From NCBI GenBank assembly GCA_964016885.1, contig OZ024742.1, positions 117,304,001 through 117,368,000 on the forward strand: a stretch of DNA of 64,000 bases. The letters are read 5' to 3'. This stretch comes from Eledone cirrhosa (taxonomy: Eukaryota). Positions 51,915 to 64,000 of the stretch are shown piece by piece (position 1 is the stretch's first letter; each line of letters begins with the position of its first letter). The notes below the pieces were generated by a model. It was not told the origin of the DNA. It saw nothing but the letters and a program-made list of their open reading frames with translations, and searched no databases. A program made the position numbers and the translations under genes.

Positions 51915-51920
<6 letters not shown>
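51819..51920. repeat. ~100-bp hairpin adjoining (AT)n
   Basis: tatttaattagaaagtgaacaacacaaaatataactactc / gagtaattatattttgtgttgctcactttctaattaaata, 2 mismatches. Confidence 0.85.
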
Positions 51921-51954
<34 letters not shown>

Positions 51955-52950
51955 GTAGGTATGTATCGATATATATATATAATTATATGTATATATGCAT
52001 GTATGCATAGGAGTTACGTGGGGATGGAGAAAGAGAAAATGAGAGAATGGGGAGAGAGATGTCGTAATATATAATTATACGTATCATAGTAGACCTGCAT
52101 CGGCTGATGGCAATTATTTTTTTTTATGCATACATAGTATTATCCAAGGGAGTTAACTCATCTAAAATATTTTAGAATAATGTACCTTTGCATACTTTGA
52201 TAATCCCCAGAAAATTTATATCAAATTTGTCACAATTTAAATGAATTTCTTCATATTGGTATGGTGTTTAATTGTAAAATTGTGACAAGCTTGTTTGGGA
52301 CCTTATTTACTGATTGAAAACATACCTTATGTAATAATTAAGTCTCAATATTTAATTGATTAAACTATTTTTTTTTATCATGAAAAAGTTTATTTCATTG
52401 GAGCATCATTTGGAAAATATTCTTTTTACATTCTAGTTTTATTTTTAGTTTGACTGTTGTTGAAACTGAAGGGAAAAGTGTATGTTGCATGTATGAGAAG
52501 TGCCATGATTTATGAGAGTGAGGCATGGTTAAAGAATATGGATAAACAGAGGAGGCAAAAAGAACAGAAATGAGAATGATTTGGTGGATGAGTGAAGTAT
52601 TCCGCCTATGTACATGCCTCCTAACACAAGCATGCATATATCTGTGTGTATATTATGACTCATACACTATTCACTTTCCTGACATTTGTACATTATTCTA
52701 TGTGCGATACATGCACCTTTGATGAGTTGTGCACCTGAGCACTATACACAATAATTTCATTATATATATTATATCCACGCATTTTGCAAGTCTGATTTAT
52801 CATCTCCATTTGTGTGTGTATGCATGTGTATTTATACAAATCCCGCCAAGGTTAACTTTGCCTTTTATCCTTACAGGGTTGATAAAATAAAGTACCAGTA
52901 ATGCACTGGGTAATTGCTGGCCTTGTGCCAAATGTAGAAACAATTATATA

Positions 52951-53395
52951 TCTAAACTATAATAAAGGGAGGAGCACGGGACTGCATACGGTTTATAATT
53001 TTTTATCCCATTAGTAAAATAAGTTGGATTACTTTGAATAAATGAATGAATATTACATACTTTATCTACTAAATTTCGTGGTTGTTGATTAAATATATTT
53101 TGTTTATTTAAAGATTCACTTCTTTAAAATTTCTGAAATGTCAACACTTCCGGTTGGCGATCGCTCAAATAAACATACTAATTTTCTGTCACTAATTTTC
53201 TCCTAATGCAGTTTATATATAATATCGTCTTTTGTAATGTATCATGGATTACGTTACTGATTACATAAGACAGTGTAACGCAGTCTTCATTCAATTTCTA
53301 TCTATTATATATTGTCAATTACGATTTTATTTGATGTATCATATCTACATGTATATATACTTGTGTATAATATCAATAAACACACTGCACATGCT
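52951..53395 (+). mobile_element. Non-autonomous Helitron-like element, 3'-truncated copy
   Basis: Starts A|TCTAAACTATAATAAA; body homologous to 18530-18975. Confidence 0.7.
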
Positions 53396-56300
53396 ATTAT
53401 ATAACACAGAGAGAAATAAAAACAAACAATGAAGTGCATAGGATGATGGGAATAGGGCCAATGGTGAATGTTGTGAAGAGAAATAGAATGAGATGGCTGA
53501 GTTATGTGTTGAGAGAAAATGAAAGAGATTGGATGAGAAAAGCGATGAAAATTAATGTGGAAGGAAGTAGATTGGAAAAACCATGTAAGACATAGCTTAA
53601 GAGAGTGAGGGAGTTAGAGGATAGGTAAAAATGAAGAAACATGTTGTGGAGCCTTCTGAATCATCGTTTTGAATCCAGTTTATTTTCATGCCAGTATGGC
53701 GAATTGTACAGACAAAACGAAATTATTATTTAGTCAGAGCTACTCCCTTCTCTCCAAGAACTGTTAAAAGTACTCCTGTACATGAGAAAAAGTAAACAGA
53801 GGTGCCTGTAAGGAATCAAATCGCTCATCTCTTGGAAACCATGTATATACATTAACTATTACTGTGAGGAGTCACTGGCCACTGATTGTGGTCTTTTAGG
53901 AGATTTAAGAAATTTTAACATGTCATTGAGTTAAACATTGGGAATTTTCTATTATTATCATAGTCTCCTTTACATTCTGAATTCAAATCCCACCAAGGTT
54001 AACTTTGCCTTTCATCCTTAAGGAGTCGATAAAATAAAGTACCCGTCATGCATTGGGATAATTGCTGGCCTTGTAGAAACAATTATTATCATAGTCTTCT
54101 GCGTTGGTATGATTACATTTCAAAATTCAAATTTGTCCAATTCTTCTTAAGTCAACTTGGTGTTTACAGGCTTAAAATTTGCTAAAAGACAACAAACAGT
54201 TGCTAGGAACTCTTTAGTGTAATGGTTGATACACTCACTCTCCTTCCAAGAGATACAGTGTTCAGTCCCTCACAGGTACCTCTGTCATTTTATTCCATCT
54301 CTAGGGTTACTTTGCCAAATGTTTTCAACTATTTACAGTCATATGCATTTGAAATGTAAAATTCCCAACCAGGTGATAATAATTGTTTCTACTTTTGGCA
54401 CAAGGCCAGCAATTAGCCAGTGCATTACTGGTACTTTATTTTATCGACCCCGTAAGGATGAAATGCAAAGTTAATGATAGTCAATCATTAAAAATAGTAA
54501 AACTCTCATAGCAAGTTACATTAGTATATGTAGAGTTATTTTCTGCACAGCATCTCTCTACTCACTGCATTTCTTCATCATCTTTTCTGTGAGTCTCCAT
54601 TAATTTTCTACATTCATTAGCCTCTTATATTAACATCTCCAATCCTCATTCTTTTGAGCACCAATAGTGCTAAGTACACCAGTGTCATTTCTAAAACACT
54701 TTTCCCCATCAACAACCCGATTCACACTAACACACTACCTTGCAATGCCATATGTATGGGGGCTCAAAGGTCACTTTTCATTTCAAAACTTAAATAACAT
54801 TTTTAATAATGAAGAATGAAAAATATTCATTTTGAAACTTGGAAATTATTTTGAACTAGTTGTGCAGTATTACAACCTAAATATTTTTACAGAATAGAAC
54901 CTTATCCATGACACTCATAATGTGTCTGCCTGTCAGGCTCTTATTTCTTGTTGAATATTATTTTTCAGTAATAATTATGTTTGGAGTTAGTTTACATAAA
55001 TTCTTTCTTTGAAATAATCCCCCAAAAGGCAATCAAATTAAAATGGAAAATTAGTGCTAGTCTATACAAGTTGAATTTATGTTACATTTTAAAATGTAAA
55101 AATAAAAGAGATAAAGGAGATAATTCATGCTAACATTTGGATTAAATTGGAAAAATTGAGTAATATTACTCATTTAAACTACAATTCTACAATATATGCT
55201 AGTTTACTCTTTTATTAGCTTCAGTGATTGAAATACAGTAATGCTGGGGAACTGTCACCATGAGTTTTAGATTATCATATTGATCTTCATATTGATTTTA
55301 GTCGAATCATTATTGTATTGATCTTTATGTATCAAATTATTGAAATAAAGGGATGCAACTCAAAACACCAACCTACACAAATGAACACTAACACACACTC
55401 ATACATATATAGCAAATAACTTACTTTCTCTCTTCCACATTCTACATACTTTGCTTATCTCTTCATTCTGTACTGTGTCTTCATACATTTTAATAACATT
55501 ATGCCTAAATTGACAAATAAGATTTTTATCTAGAACATTCTTAATGGTTATATATTAGCTTTACAAAGAAGGAAGCAGATTGCGTTTAACTAGATTCTGC
55601 CATCCTTGGACTATACTGAGGGCTTGTTTTCTCTCTCACTTTCTCTCACCTACCTTACACACACACATGCACTTTCTCCCTCTCTCATTTTGAAAATAGT
55701 CAAGTGTATGGATTTAGTAATATAACTAACTTTCTGATTGATAAGTTGTTGTTTGGAGTATAATTTAACAAAGTTTCTTGTATAAAATTATGATGGAAGG
55801 TTTTTAGTTAAGTATAAACACTTTAAAATAAGCAGTTTTGTATCAAAGAACCAGGGGTGGTTTCATGTGGTTTGGTATCAAAAGGTTTTAAATATACAAT
55901 TTGTAAAATACTAGAATGGACAGTCTTTAAATGACTTTAAACATTATTTTGTAATTCTTCATTATTCTGTTCTGAATTACATGTTAAATGGTTATTTTCT
56001 TTGATGTATTTTTGCTGCTCATAACTTGACCATTTGCATTTGAACATAATTTCCAATTTCTTTATTAATGAAATATTAATTGTTGTTTCTGAAAAAAATA
56101 TTCATGTCCTTTCTTTCCAGCTACACCACATTTTACAGTAACTTCATTAAAATCTCATGCCAAGCAAGTAGACAAGCACACTTAACAATTAACCAACATT
56201 TATATTGACTCTAAAGGGTTTTGATTGGTTGATTGATAAACATATTCAGAGAAAGGAAAGATGTCTTTATATGTCACCATAGTGAAAGAACAATAAATAA

Positions 56301-57127
56301 TTGTGGTATCTTCATGACATTTCTATTCCTAACATAATAACCAAAAGATTTTCCAGGAATCTTCTAGAATATAACTCAACCAAATCTGAAATAGAAATAC
56401 TGTTTCTAATACCTCTTCTCCCCAAAATATTCTTATGAATATTTCAATATTTAAAATTTCTGCCAATGAGCTCTGAACTGATGATCCCCATTTAGGCAGA
56501 AATATCAATATCTGCAAATAGACTCTTTAATCTATATAAACTTATTAAATTTAATCATTTTATTAAAGAGTTTATAAAGACACCACAAATATTTGTTGTT
56601 GTTTCACTATGGTGATCTATACAGGAGTCTCTACTTCCTCCATATATGTTTATGGATCAACCAACCAAACCCTTTATTTTTGTTGTGTTAATTACTGGCC
56701 TATTTCAATTTCATTTATATTGAACAACTTGTTGGTGGGGCAGGGCTATCAGTCAAATTCCCTCAAACATATACAAAAAAAAACAAAAAAAAACGAAAGA
56801 GATACAGAACCAACAGTCAAACTATACACACCCTAAATGAGTGTACCCAAAGAAGACCATAGCTGAACAACTGCCAAAAAATACTGACAGAAGCAGGAAA
56901 AGGAAATTCTGCAAGGACATTAATTCATATTGGTTATGCTACTTTGATATACAACAAAAACATGGAATGGTCTCAGCTTAAACCATAAGAGCAGCAACTG
57001 TATTTAGTAATCTGAAATTCTATTAAGTAAATTATGTTTTATTGTTTTATGTAATTAATGTGTAAAGTATTAATGTATTTTATCTCAGATCAATAATGGT
57101 CTTGCTTTCTTTTTGTCTTTGTTCCAG

Positions 57128-57252
57128 TCACAGGTGGACGGTATCAGCGATATTACACACCACATTTTGACAATCGTCTAAATAATATTACAACATACAT
57201 TGGAGACACAGCAATACTTTATTGTTCTATAATAAATCTGGGCACAAAAACA
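57128..57252 (+). CDS. Host exon encoding the N-terminal part of a Dpr/zig-8/lachesin-like Ig domain
   Basis: Acceptor cttgctttctttttgtctttgttccag, donor gtaagt; 125 nt, phase 1 to phase 0; translation TGGRYQRYYTPHFDNRLNNITTYIGDTAILYCSIINLGTKT fits the PxF..NxT..GxTAxLxCxVxNLGxKT|VxW pattern of Dpr-type Ig domains. Confidence 0.85.
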
Positions 57253-59040
57253 GTAAGTTTTATTAAAATATTTCTTCTTGGATAATGTTTAGTTTTCATC
57301 CTAATACATATTATTTCCTGATGCCTGTTTCTGGATCAGTATTATGTTGATCCTTACACACACTCTCCAATATAACTCCAATCACAAACCTACACCTTTA
57401 TCACAAGATTGGTCTTTCTGCTCAAACCCCTACATATGTAATTCATTTCTTCTATCATCACCAATATTGAATTGAGTACTACAAACTCTATATTAATCTG
57501 TCTTCCCAGTCCTCAAAACATTAGGCCTATGGAATCCCTTCTTTGTCCATGTTTTTCCTTCAGTTTTTCAAGAACATCAACTAATGCTGAAGGTCCTGTA
57601 AAAGCTATGGATGCAGTCTCTCACTCCAGACTAAACCATTAAACAAATCAATAATCATATGATATTAATAAAAATAAATTTTCTAGATTATCAATCTCAT
57701 TTCTAGGATGTATTTTTCTTTTTAAATATTTATATTTACACTATGGTTATTATGATCTCCTATATCCATTATGTGTGTACATGGTTTGATCTCTTATGGC
57801 CCAAGGTACATACATGGTACCAGAGGGGTATAGTAATGTCCTTATCTACAGCTCTTCTGGTACATGTACTTAGTACATTGGTATGTTGTACTGAATATAT
57901 GTTATTTGTATCAAACATTTCAGTTGTTTGTCAAATGTAGCATAGAAATTGTAGTTACCCATGCTCAATCGATAGTATAGTCATCTCATAACATATCATT
58001 TGTATTTGTGTGCTGTATGGTTTAGCATTTGTTATAGCTTAGTAAGAGGGGAAAGGCAGAACCATAGCCATTTTGTACAGCCTCTGTGATTGGTGAAAGA
58101 AAAAGAAAAAGAAAAAGAACTTGTTAATCTCTGGTTAGAAACTTAGCCTGTACACTTACAACTGAGTGAACTCTACAAAAGGTACCTAAGTACCAGGTGT
58201 TTTATAAAACTGATCAATAGATAATGTCTTCAGAGAATTGTAAATTCTGATCAAAATAACAAGAATAGCATAGTGAGAGAGAAGAAAGAAACTGGAGAAA
58301 AAGATAGTGGGAAAAGACAACAGCGACTGAAGAGAGAGTAAGAGGTTTCACATTGTTTTGAATTCCGTCCACTCCTGGTCATGAGGTCAAATATACCAGC
58401 ACACATCTTCCACCCACAAATATGTATACATATCAAACACCATTATGGACATATACATGCACATGCTTACATATACCATCTCACCAAATTTTGACAACTG
58501 ATGTCATTAAAATAGAGACATTTGATGAATTGGCACAACAGTGGCATCACATTGATTATCAAAAATATAGTTCTGGTGTGTCTAAACATTAACATTGATT
58601 TTTAAGAAAGGAGACTCTTATCTAGCAATAGACAAAAGGCCCTGTTTTTAAAAAGTAATAATGGGGTCCTTCCCAGATATCCTTCTCTAACAGCTGGCTC
58701 TGTGGCAGTTACTCAATTTGTCCCTTGTAAATCTATCCCTGCTTCATTCACTGCAGATTAGAACATGAAGCTAACAAAAGCTCTCTACAAGTTGTACCCC
58801 AATTCCCACAGCAGCAAAGTCTACCTTCTCCATTAACCTGCCTGTGATCTGACTACATTGTTTGTGTGTCCATAGATTACACTGTGTATACCTTGTGGAT
58901 TTTCTGCCCACACCATTTGAATATATTGAACAAGGTCATTTCTTTGATGGTATTAGGGTTCAGTTTACTTTCCTACTTAAAATTTTAATCTTTAGTTTAC
59001 ATTTAGGCTCTTCTATTTTAGGTTTTGCTTCCATGCTTGG

Positions 59041-59043
<3 letters not shown>

Positions 59044-59121
<78 letters not shown>

Positions 59122-59138
59122 ATATATATATATATATA
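59044..59138. repeat. (CT)n plus (AT)n microsatellite next to an old RTE PHD fragment (about 58800-58990, minus)
   Basis: Directly visible; the plus-strand ORF text FLPTPF...EQGHF is the antisense signature of the RTE finger. Confidence 0.9.
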
Positions 59139-60243
59139 TGTGTGTTCTATCACAAAATAAACATATAAACATTAACAATCTACTAAACACTGATACACCA
59201 ACCACAATACCAGAATCTTTCCGGCAGTCTAATAACTTCATAAGTATAATGACACCTCAGAACTGGACGTCAAAATGTACAGCATTCAGCAATAGCCAAC
59301 AGAATTACCTAATCAAACCAAAGGTATAGACAAAACACGCACAGCACCAATCCAAATTATCCACCAAACACAGAACTACTCCATTATGCAACATTCATAC
59401 AAAAATCTATTTTAAAAAATATACATCAACATAATACTTTTCCACAACATTAATCAAAAGAAAATGACAGTAGAACTAGATCTAATAGACAGAACACACA
59501 GACAAAGTCTAACTAGTCAGAGACAGATTTATATTAACAAACTACCGGAGCCATAAAAAATAATTAAGATATGGGAACATGAAAATAAATACTAACCAGC
59601 CCCACCTCCTTAAAAATAACTTTATCTTTAACTACTATATGGCTGGTTAACCACAGCAGCCAATGACCTAATGGCTGTTCCAATTCCATTTCATTCTTGT
59701 CATGTCTTTGATTTTGATCTTTTTGATCTTTATGTTATTTTTTTCATAATTTAGTTTCATTGCATTTCCCCAATGTACTGTAAATGTGTAGCACCCACCC
59801 AACTCACACCCAAACAAATAGACTTCAATGAAAATAACTCAATCACATTGATTTCTCATTTAATATCAAAATAGTCTTAGCTTAGCCATTGGGCAAATAA
59901 TCCCTATAATAATATGTAAACTTCACTTTTTTTACAGAATAGAGTACTAAGTTGAATGACAGTCTTATTGGTCTTAACTAGTAACATCTCATCCATATAT
60001 GTGTGTGAGTGTATTACATATACTTAAATATATATATATATAGTAGTGTAGTTAATATGAAGCTTTGTGAGATATGTAGTAAAAGAGTGATAATCCTTTT
60101 AAAAGCCAGTAAGATGCAGTAGAAAAATATGAAGGGAAAAACTTGCCAACAAAGGGTTGATACCCTTCTTATTACCAATCACTTTATGAAGTGCATTGGG
60201 TGTGTTTTGTCATGTCACCAACATTAGCAAGTTTGCTGTGCCC

Positions 60244-60291
<48 letters not shown>

Positions 60292-60714
60292 TATATATGA
60301 TATACTGTCTCTGCCTGTCTGTATAGCTATAGATAAGCATTTTTAGACTGAGTCAGTTCAAAGCATCATATATCAGAAATGCTGATAAAAACAGAAAACT
60401 AAACAATAGAAATCCATCTCATTGCAAACCTTTATTGTAGATATATAATTTATTAATCATTCCATCCACCAATTGTTTTCTTTTTAATAATTCTACAAAA
60501 TATCTGTCTTCCTTTGTAATTTTTTTCCTGTTAATGAATTACATTTTGTATTTGGTTATTCATTGGAACAGCCATAAAATATGTTTATTCTTTGAAGCCA
60601 ATTGCAAGAAAAAGTATTTGTCAAACTTTAGTGATGTTATGGTAGATGGTTGAAGTGGTCAAGATATTGAATATTTATATTTATATTTATTTATTTATCT
60701 ATCTATCTATCGGA

Positions 60715-60870
60715 GGAGGAGATGACAAAGGACTATGATGAATGTAGAGATGCTGTGCTGAATAGGACCCATCCCACCCTTGCAAGCAGAGAAAAGCAGA
60801 CATAAAACGATGATGATGATATATATATAATAATCATCATCATTTTAACGTCTGCTTTCCCTGCTTGCAA
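60715..60870. mobile_element. Two family-B RTE tails arranged tail-to-tail across (AT)n
   Basis: cttgcaagcagagaaaagcagacataaaacgatgatgat-atatat-atcatcattttaacgtctgctttccctgcttgcaag. Confidence 0.8.
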
Positions 60871-61553
60871 GTTTTGGTCATGGCTACTACTCATGGAGGC
60901 GTGTAACCTGGTGGTAAGGGTGATGGACTTACGATCAAGGTGTTGTGGGTTCGATTCATGAGCTGGGCTGGGTGTTGTGTTCTTGAGAAAAACATTAATT
61001 TCACGTTACTCTAGTATACTCAGCTGAAGTTGTCATGTCTTTGACACAACAGAAGGTCCTCCCAACCCTTTGGTTGGCAAGATTTCTACAGCTGGATGAC
61101 CTTACTATCACCAACCACTTTACAGCGTGTACTGGGTGCATTATGTAGATCACAAACACTAAGGGGGTTGTCATGTCCTTGACATGATTGAGAGTCCTTC
61201 CAGCCCTTTGGCAAAACGTCTACAGCTGGATGCTCTTCCAATCAACAAACACTTTACAGCATGTACTGGGTATGTTTATTGTTTAGGTTACCAAATATTT
61301 GGGAGGCTGTCATGTCCTTGATATGACTGAAGGGTCCGCCATATAAATATTTAGTATTTTCTACCCTACAGTAAAGCATTTACTGTTTTGTTAGCAAATG
61401 AGAAAATAAATCTGTTTGATTTAGTTTGGTTCAAATCTCTCTTCAAGGGTGTGGTCATGGTCTTATTGACAGAGGAGGGGAGAATCTTAGTGGAAAGAGA
61501 TTCTGACATAAGATCACTCACTGAAAAGAAGAGAAAAAAAATTCCCTCATGCA

Positions 61554-62390
61554 CACAGGTGTGTCAGAACAGTAACAGGACATAGTGTGATGTGTGAGTT
61601 ATGAGTGGGATAGGGATGAGCAGGTTGCATCTCCATGTGACCTATATAACTGCCATTTCAGCTCTCTGCAGCCATTGTATGTTTTGTTTATGTGCTTTTG
61701 TAAGCAGCTACTCAATTTTATGCTGTTGAGCAATAGACACAGAGCATCAAGCCAACCTGAAGTTTCTGCTCCGGCTAGGGAAAACTCCATCAGAAGCACT
61801 CAGAATACTAGAGCAATTGTACAGAGATGAGATGATGTCGTGCTCACATGTTTTTGAGTGGCACAATAGGTTCAAAGGATGATGCGAAGATATGGAAGAT
61901 GACTCAAGGAGTGGAAGGCATACAACGAGTATAACTGAGACCAACGTTGAGCATGTGAGGCATGTGGTGAGTGGCGATAATGAGTCAGCTGACTGTTTGG
62001 CTGATTGCTAGTGTGCTGGGCATGAACCACAACAGAGTTTGGGCAGGCAGGAAATCTGTGTCAAATTGTTGTCGAAGCTGCTGAATGATGACCAGAAGGA
62101 GAGGTACATGCAGATGTGTCAGGACATAAGACATCGTCGAGTGTCTTGAAACCAAACCAGACTGGGGAAAATCATCACTGATGATGAGTCAAGGGTACCC
62201 ATTTTCTGGACATGGAAGCCATCAAGAGGGTTGGGATGAGGGGGCAGAATCCTTCCATGAGTGCATGGATGTGCAGCAGAAAAAGATGGGAAAGTATGTT
62301 AGACACAAGGTGGATTATTTCTAAAGAGAAAACTTGCTGTTTGTAGTTTTATTTTCAACTCCAGTCCTGTTTCTTTTCTGACACATCTCG
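61554..62390 (+). mobile_element. Internally deleted mariner element with both TIRs
   Basis: TIRs caggtgtgtcagaacagtaacaggac / gtcctgtttcttttctgacacatctcg|ta; translation EHQANLKFLLRLGKTPSEALRILEQLY...VFEWHNRFK..DDSRSGR, later IITDDES and KVDYF. Confidence 0.88.
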
Positions 62391-62924
62391 TACATACATA
62401 TATCAATTTTCTCAACACTGTTTATGTGAATGCTTAATTTAGTACAAGTTGTATATATGTAAGCACTATCAAAAATTGACATCAAAAATATTCTTTTTCT
62501 ATCTTTACACCATAGAAAGATCAAACAAACTTCTATATATGTAGAGAGTCTGTCAATAGTTTTTTGTTGTTTTTTACTTTTATGGGGAATCAACAGTATT
62601 CTACTTTGGTTATGAAATATGATTAATTTAAAGTAGATATAATAACATCAAAGGTGAATGGTCAACTAAGACTTGACAATTTATATTGGTTAAAAGAGAA
62701 AATCAAACTGTTAATCATCAGTTAACCATAACAACCCGCTACTAAATAAGGTGTTTTCTAGTTTATATAGTTTTTTAACACTAATATTGAAATAACTCAA
62801 TACAGAAAGCAATTTCATAAAAATAGCAGATTGTGTCAGAAAGTAATACAAAATGAAAATTTTACCTGCAAATTAAAATAAATTTTCTAATTTTTTAGTT
62901 AGTAATTCATTTTTGACAGCAAAA

Positions 62925-63390
62925 GTTTCTCCCTACTTACAGAACGATAAATGTATGATGCCTGTGTGTGACGTTTGATGCTGCATAGTAGTGAAACATG
63001 GGCTGGGACTGCAGAGGACATGTGTAGACTGAAAAGAAATGAAGCAACCCTGCTTCAGTGGGTGTGCAATGTAAATGTGAGGGAGAAGCTGGGTTTAAGA
63101 AGAATCTGAGGTTGTGTGCAGGAAAGTAGAATGCATTGATATGGGCATGTGTTGTGCACGGATGATGATCGTTGGGTGAAGAAATGCCAGGAAATCCCAG
63201 TGGAAGGAAGCTGAAGTAGAGGTAGACCAAGAAAGACCTTGGCAGAGGTGGGGAGTACTGACCTCAAATTGTTGAAACTCACAGAAGAGATGACAAAGGA
63301 ATATGGCAGGTGAAGAGATGCCATGCTGAGAAGGACCTTTCCAACCCATGCTAACATGCAAAATCCGACGTAAAAACAATGATGATGATG
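62925..63390 (+). mobile_element. Degraded family-B RTE 3' fragment
   Basis: tatgatgcctgtgtg...gtgaaacatggg...agaccaagaaagacc...aacccatgctaacatg...gatgatgatg; homologous to the reverse complement of 1560-2050. Confidence 0.85.
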
Positions 63391-64000
63391 AATAGGATTC
63401 TTTCATTTGAAAATATAAATTTTGAAGTAGCCAATAGATAATATTTAAAAAATGATAGTGTGAAAGTATCATAAATTATTACCTATATCCCAAATCTATT
63501 ACCAAATCCCAATTAATTTAATGATAAGCTGATAAAGTAACCACAATGCTGGTCATTCCACCTGATAGAAATAGCATCGAAATCACTTTCAAATTGTAGG
63601 CTATCATATTGAATGTGAGAACCCATTGTATAATGTAGTCTTGAATATGAGCATATAAAATACCTGAAGCAAAGATGGTATGATTATGGCTGGAATACCT
63701 TTAATTATAAGCCTTTTTAGTCATGGTTGGCATGATAGTAAACAATAACATGTTTAGCAAAGTATGAAGATATACATCCCTTCTCTTCAAGGTCAGAAAA
63801 TATTTCAAATCCCAACAACTTATGACATTCTAAAAGACATAAGTGAGACCCACAATGGAACACCACTCCCTCATTTAGAGTGATGCTACTATTACTCACA
63901 CTCAGGCACTCCTGACTCCCTTATCTCTCCTCCTCTCATCCTTCATGTTTTGTTCAACCCCCTGCCTCACTCTACACACTAACCACTATACCCAGTTCTT

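Noticed and set aside
56121-56185. Acceptor-like tttctttccag followed by TPHF codons similar to the Ig exon
   Set aside because: The frame closes after about 20 codons, with no Ig cysteine pattern and no strong donor.
59140-59620. A/C-rich stretch suggestive of a decayed LINE ORF
   Set aside because: No recognisable motif in manual translation; left unannotated.

Overview
AT-rich, repeat-dense eukaryotic DNA. The SINE/LINE families and microsatellite style suggest an octopus or other coleoid cephalopod (inference from family resemblance, no database search). Most of the window reads as intronic or intergenic. The one well-supported host coding exon (57128-57252, +) encodes the start of a Dpr/zig-8/lachesin-like Ig domain; a weaker candidate exon lies at 3728-3814. 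The dominant element is an RTE-clade LINE: one near-full-length copy at about 38306-42268, large copies at 25578-28853, 34726-37508, 6533-8008 and 8498-10560, and many fragments. Its ORF has a C4HC3 PHD-type finger inserted inside the RT domain, and its 3' UTR has a tandem array of predicted H-type pseudoknots with compensatory changes. Also present: CR1-type and R4/Dong-type LINE relics, many tRNA-derived SINEs (Meta-domain type with long TSDs, and one carrying an RTE tail), Helitron, hAT, mariner and piggyBac-like relics, several hammerhead-ribozyme-like motifs (including U3-A8 core variants) in Penelope-pLTR/retrozyme-like repeats, and several fold-back palindromes, the largest about 1.33 kb and spacerless. 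Coordinates were read by eye; diverged ends may be off by tens of bases.
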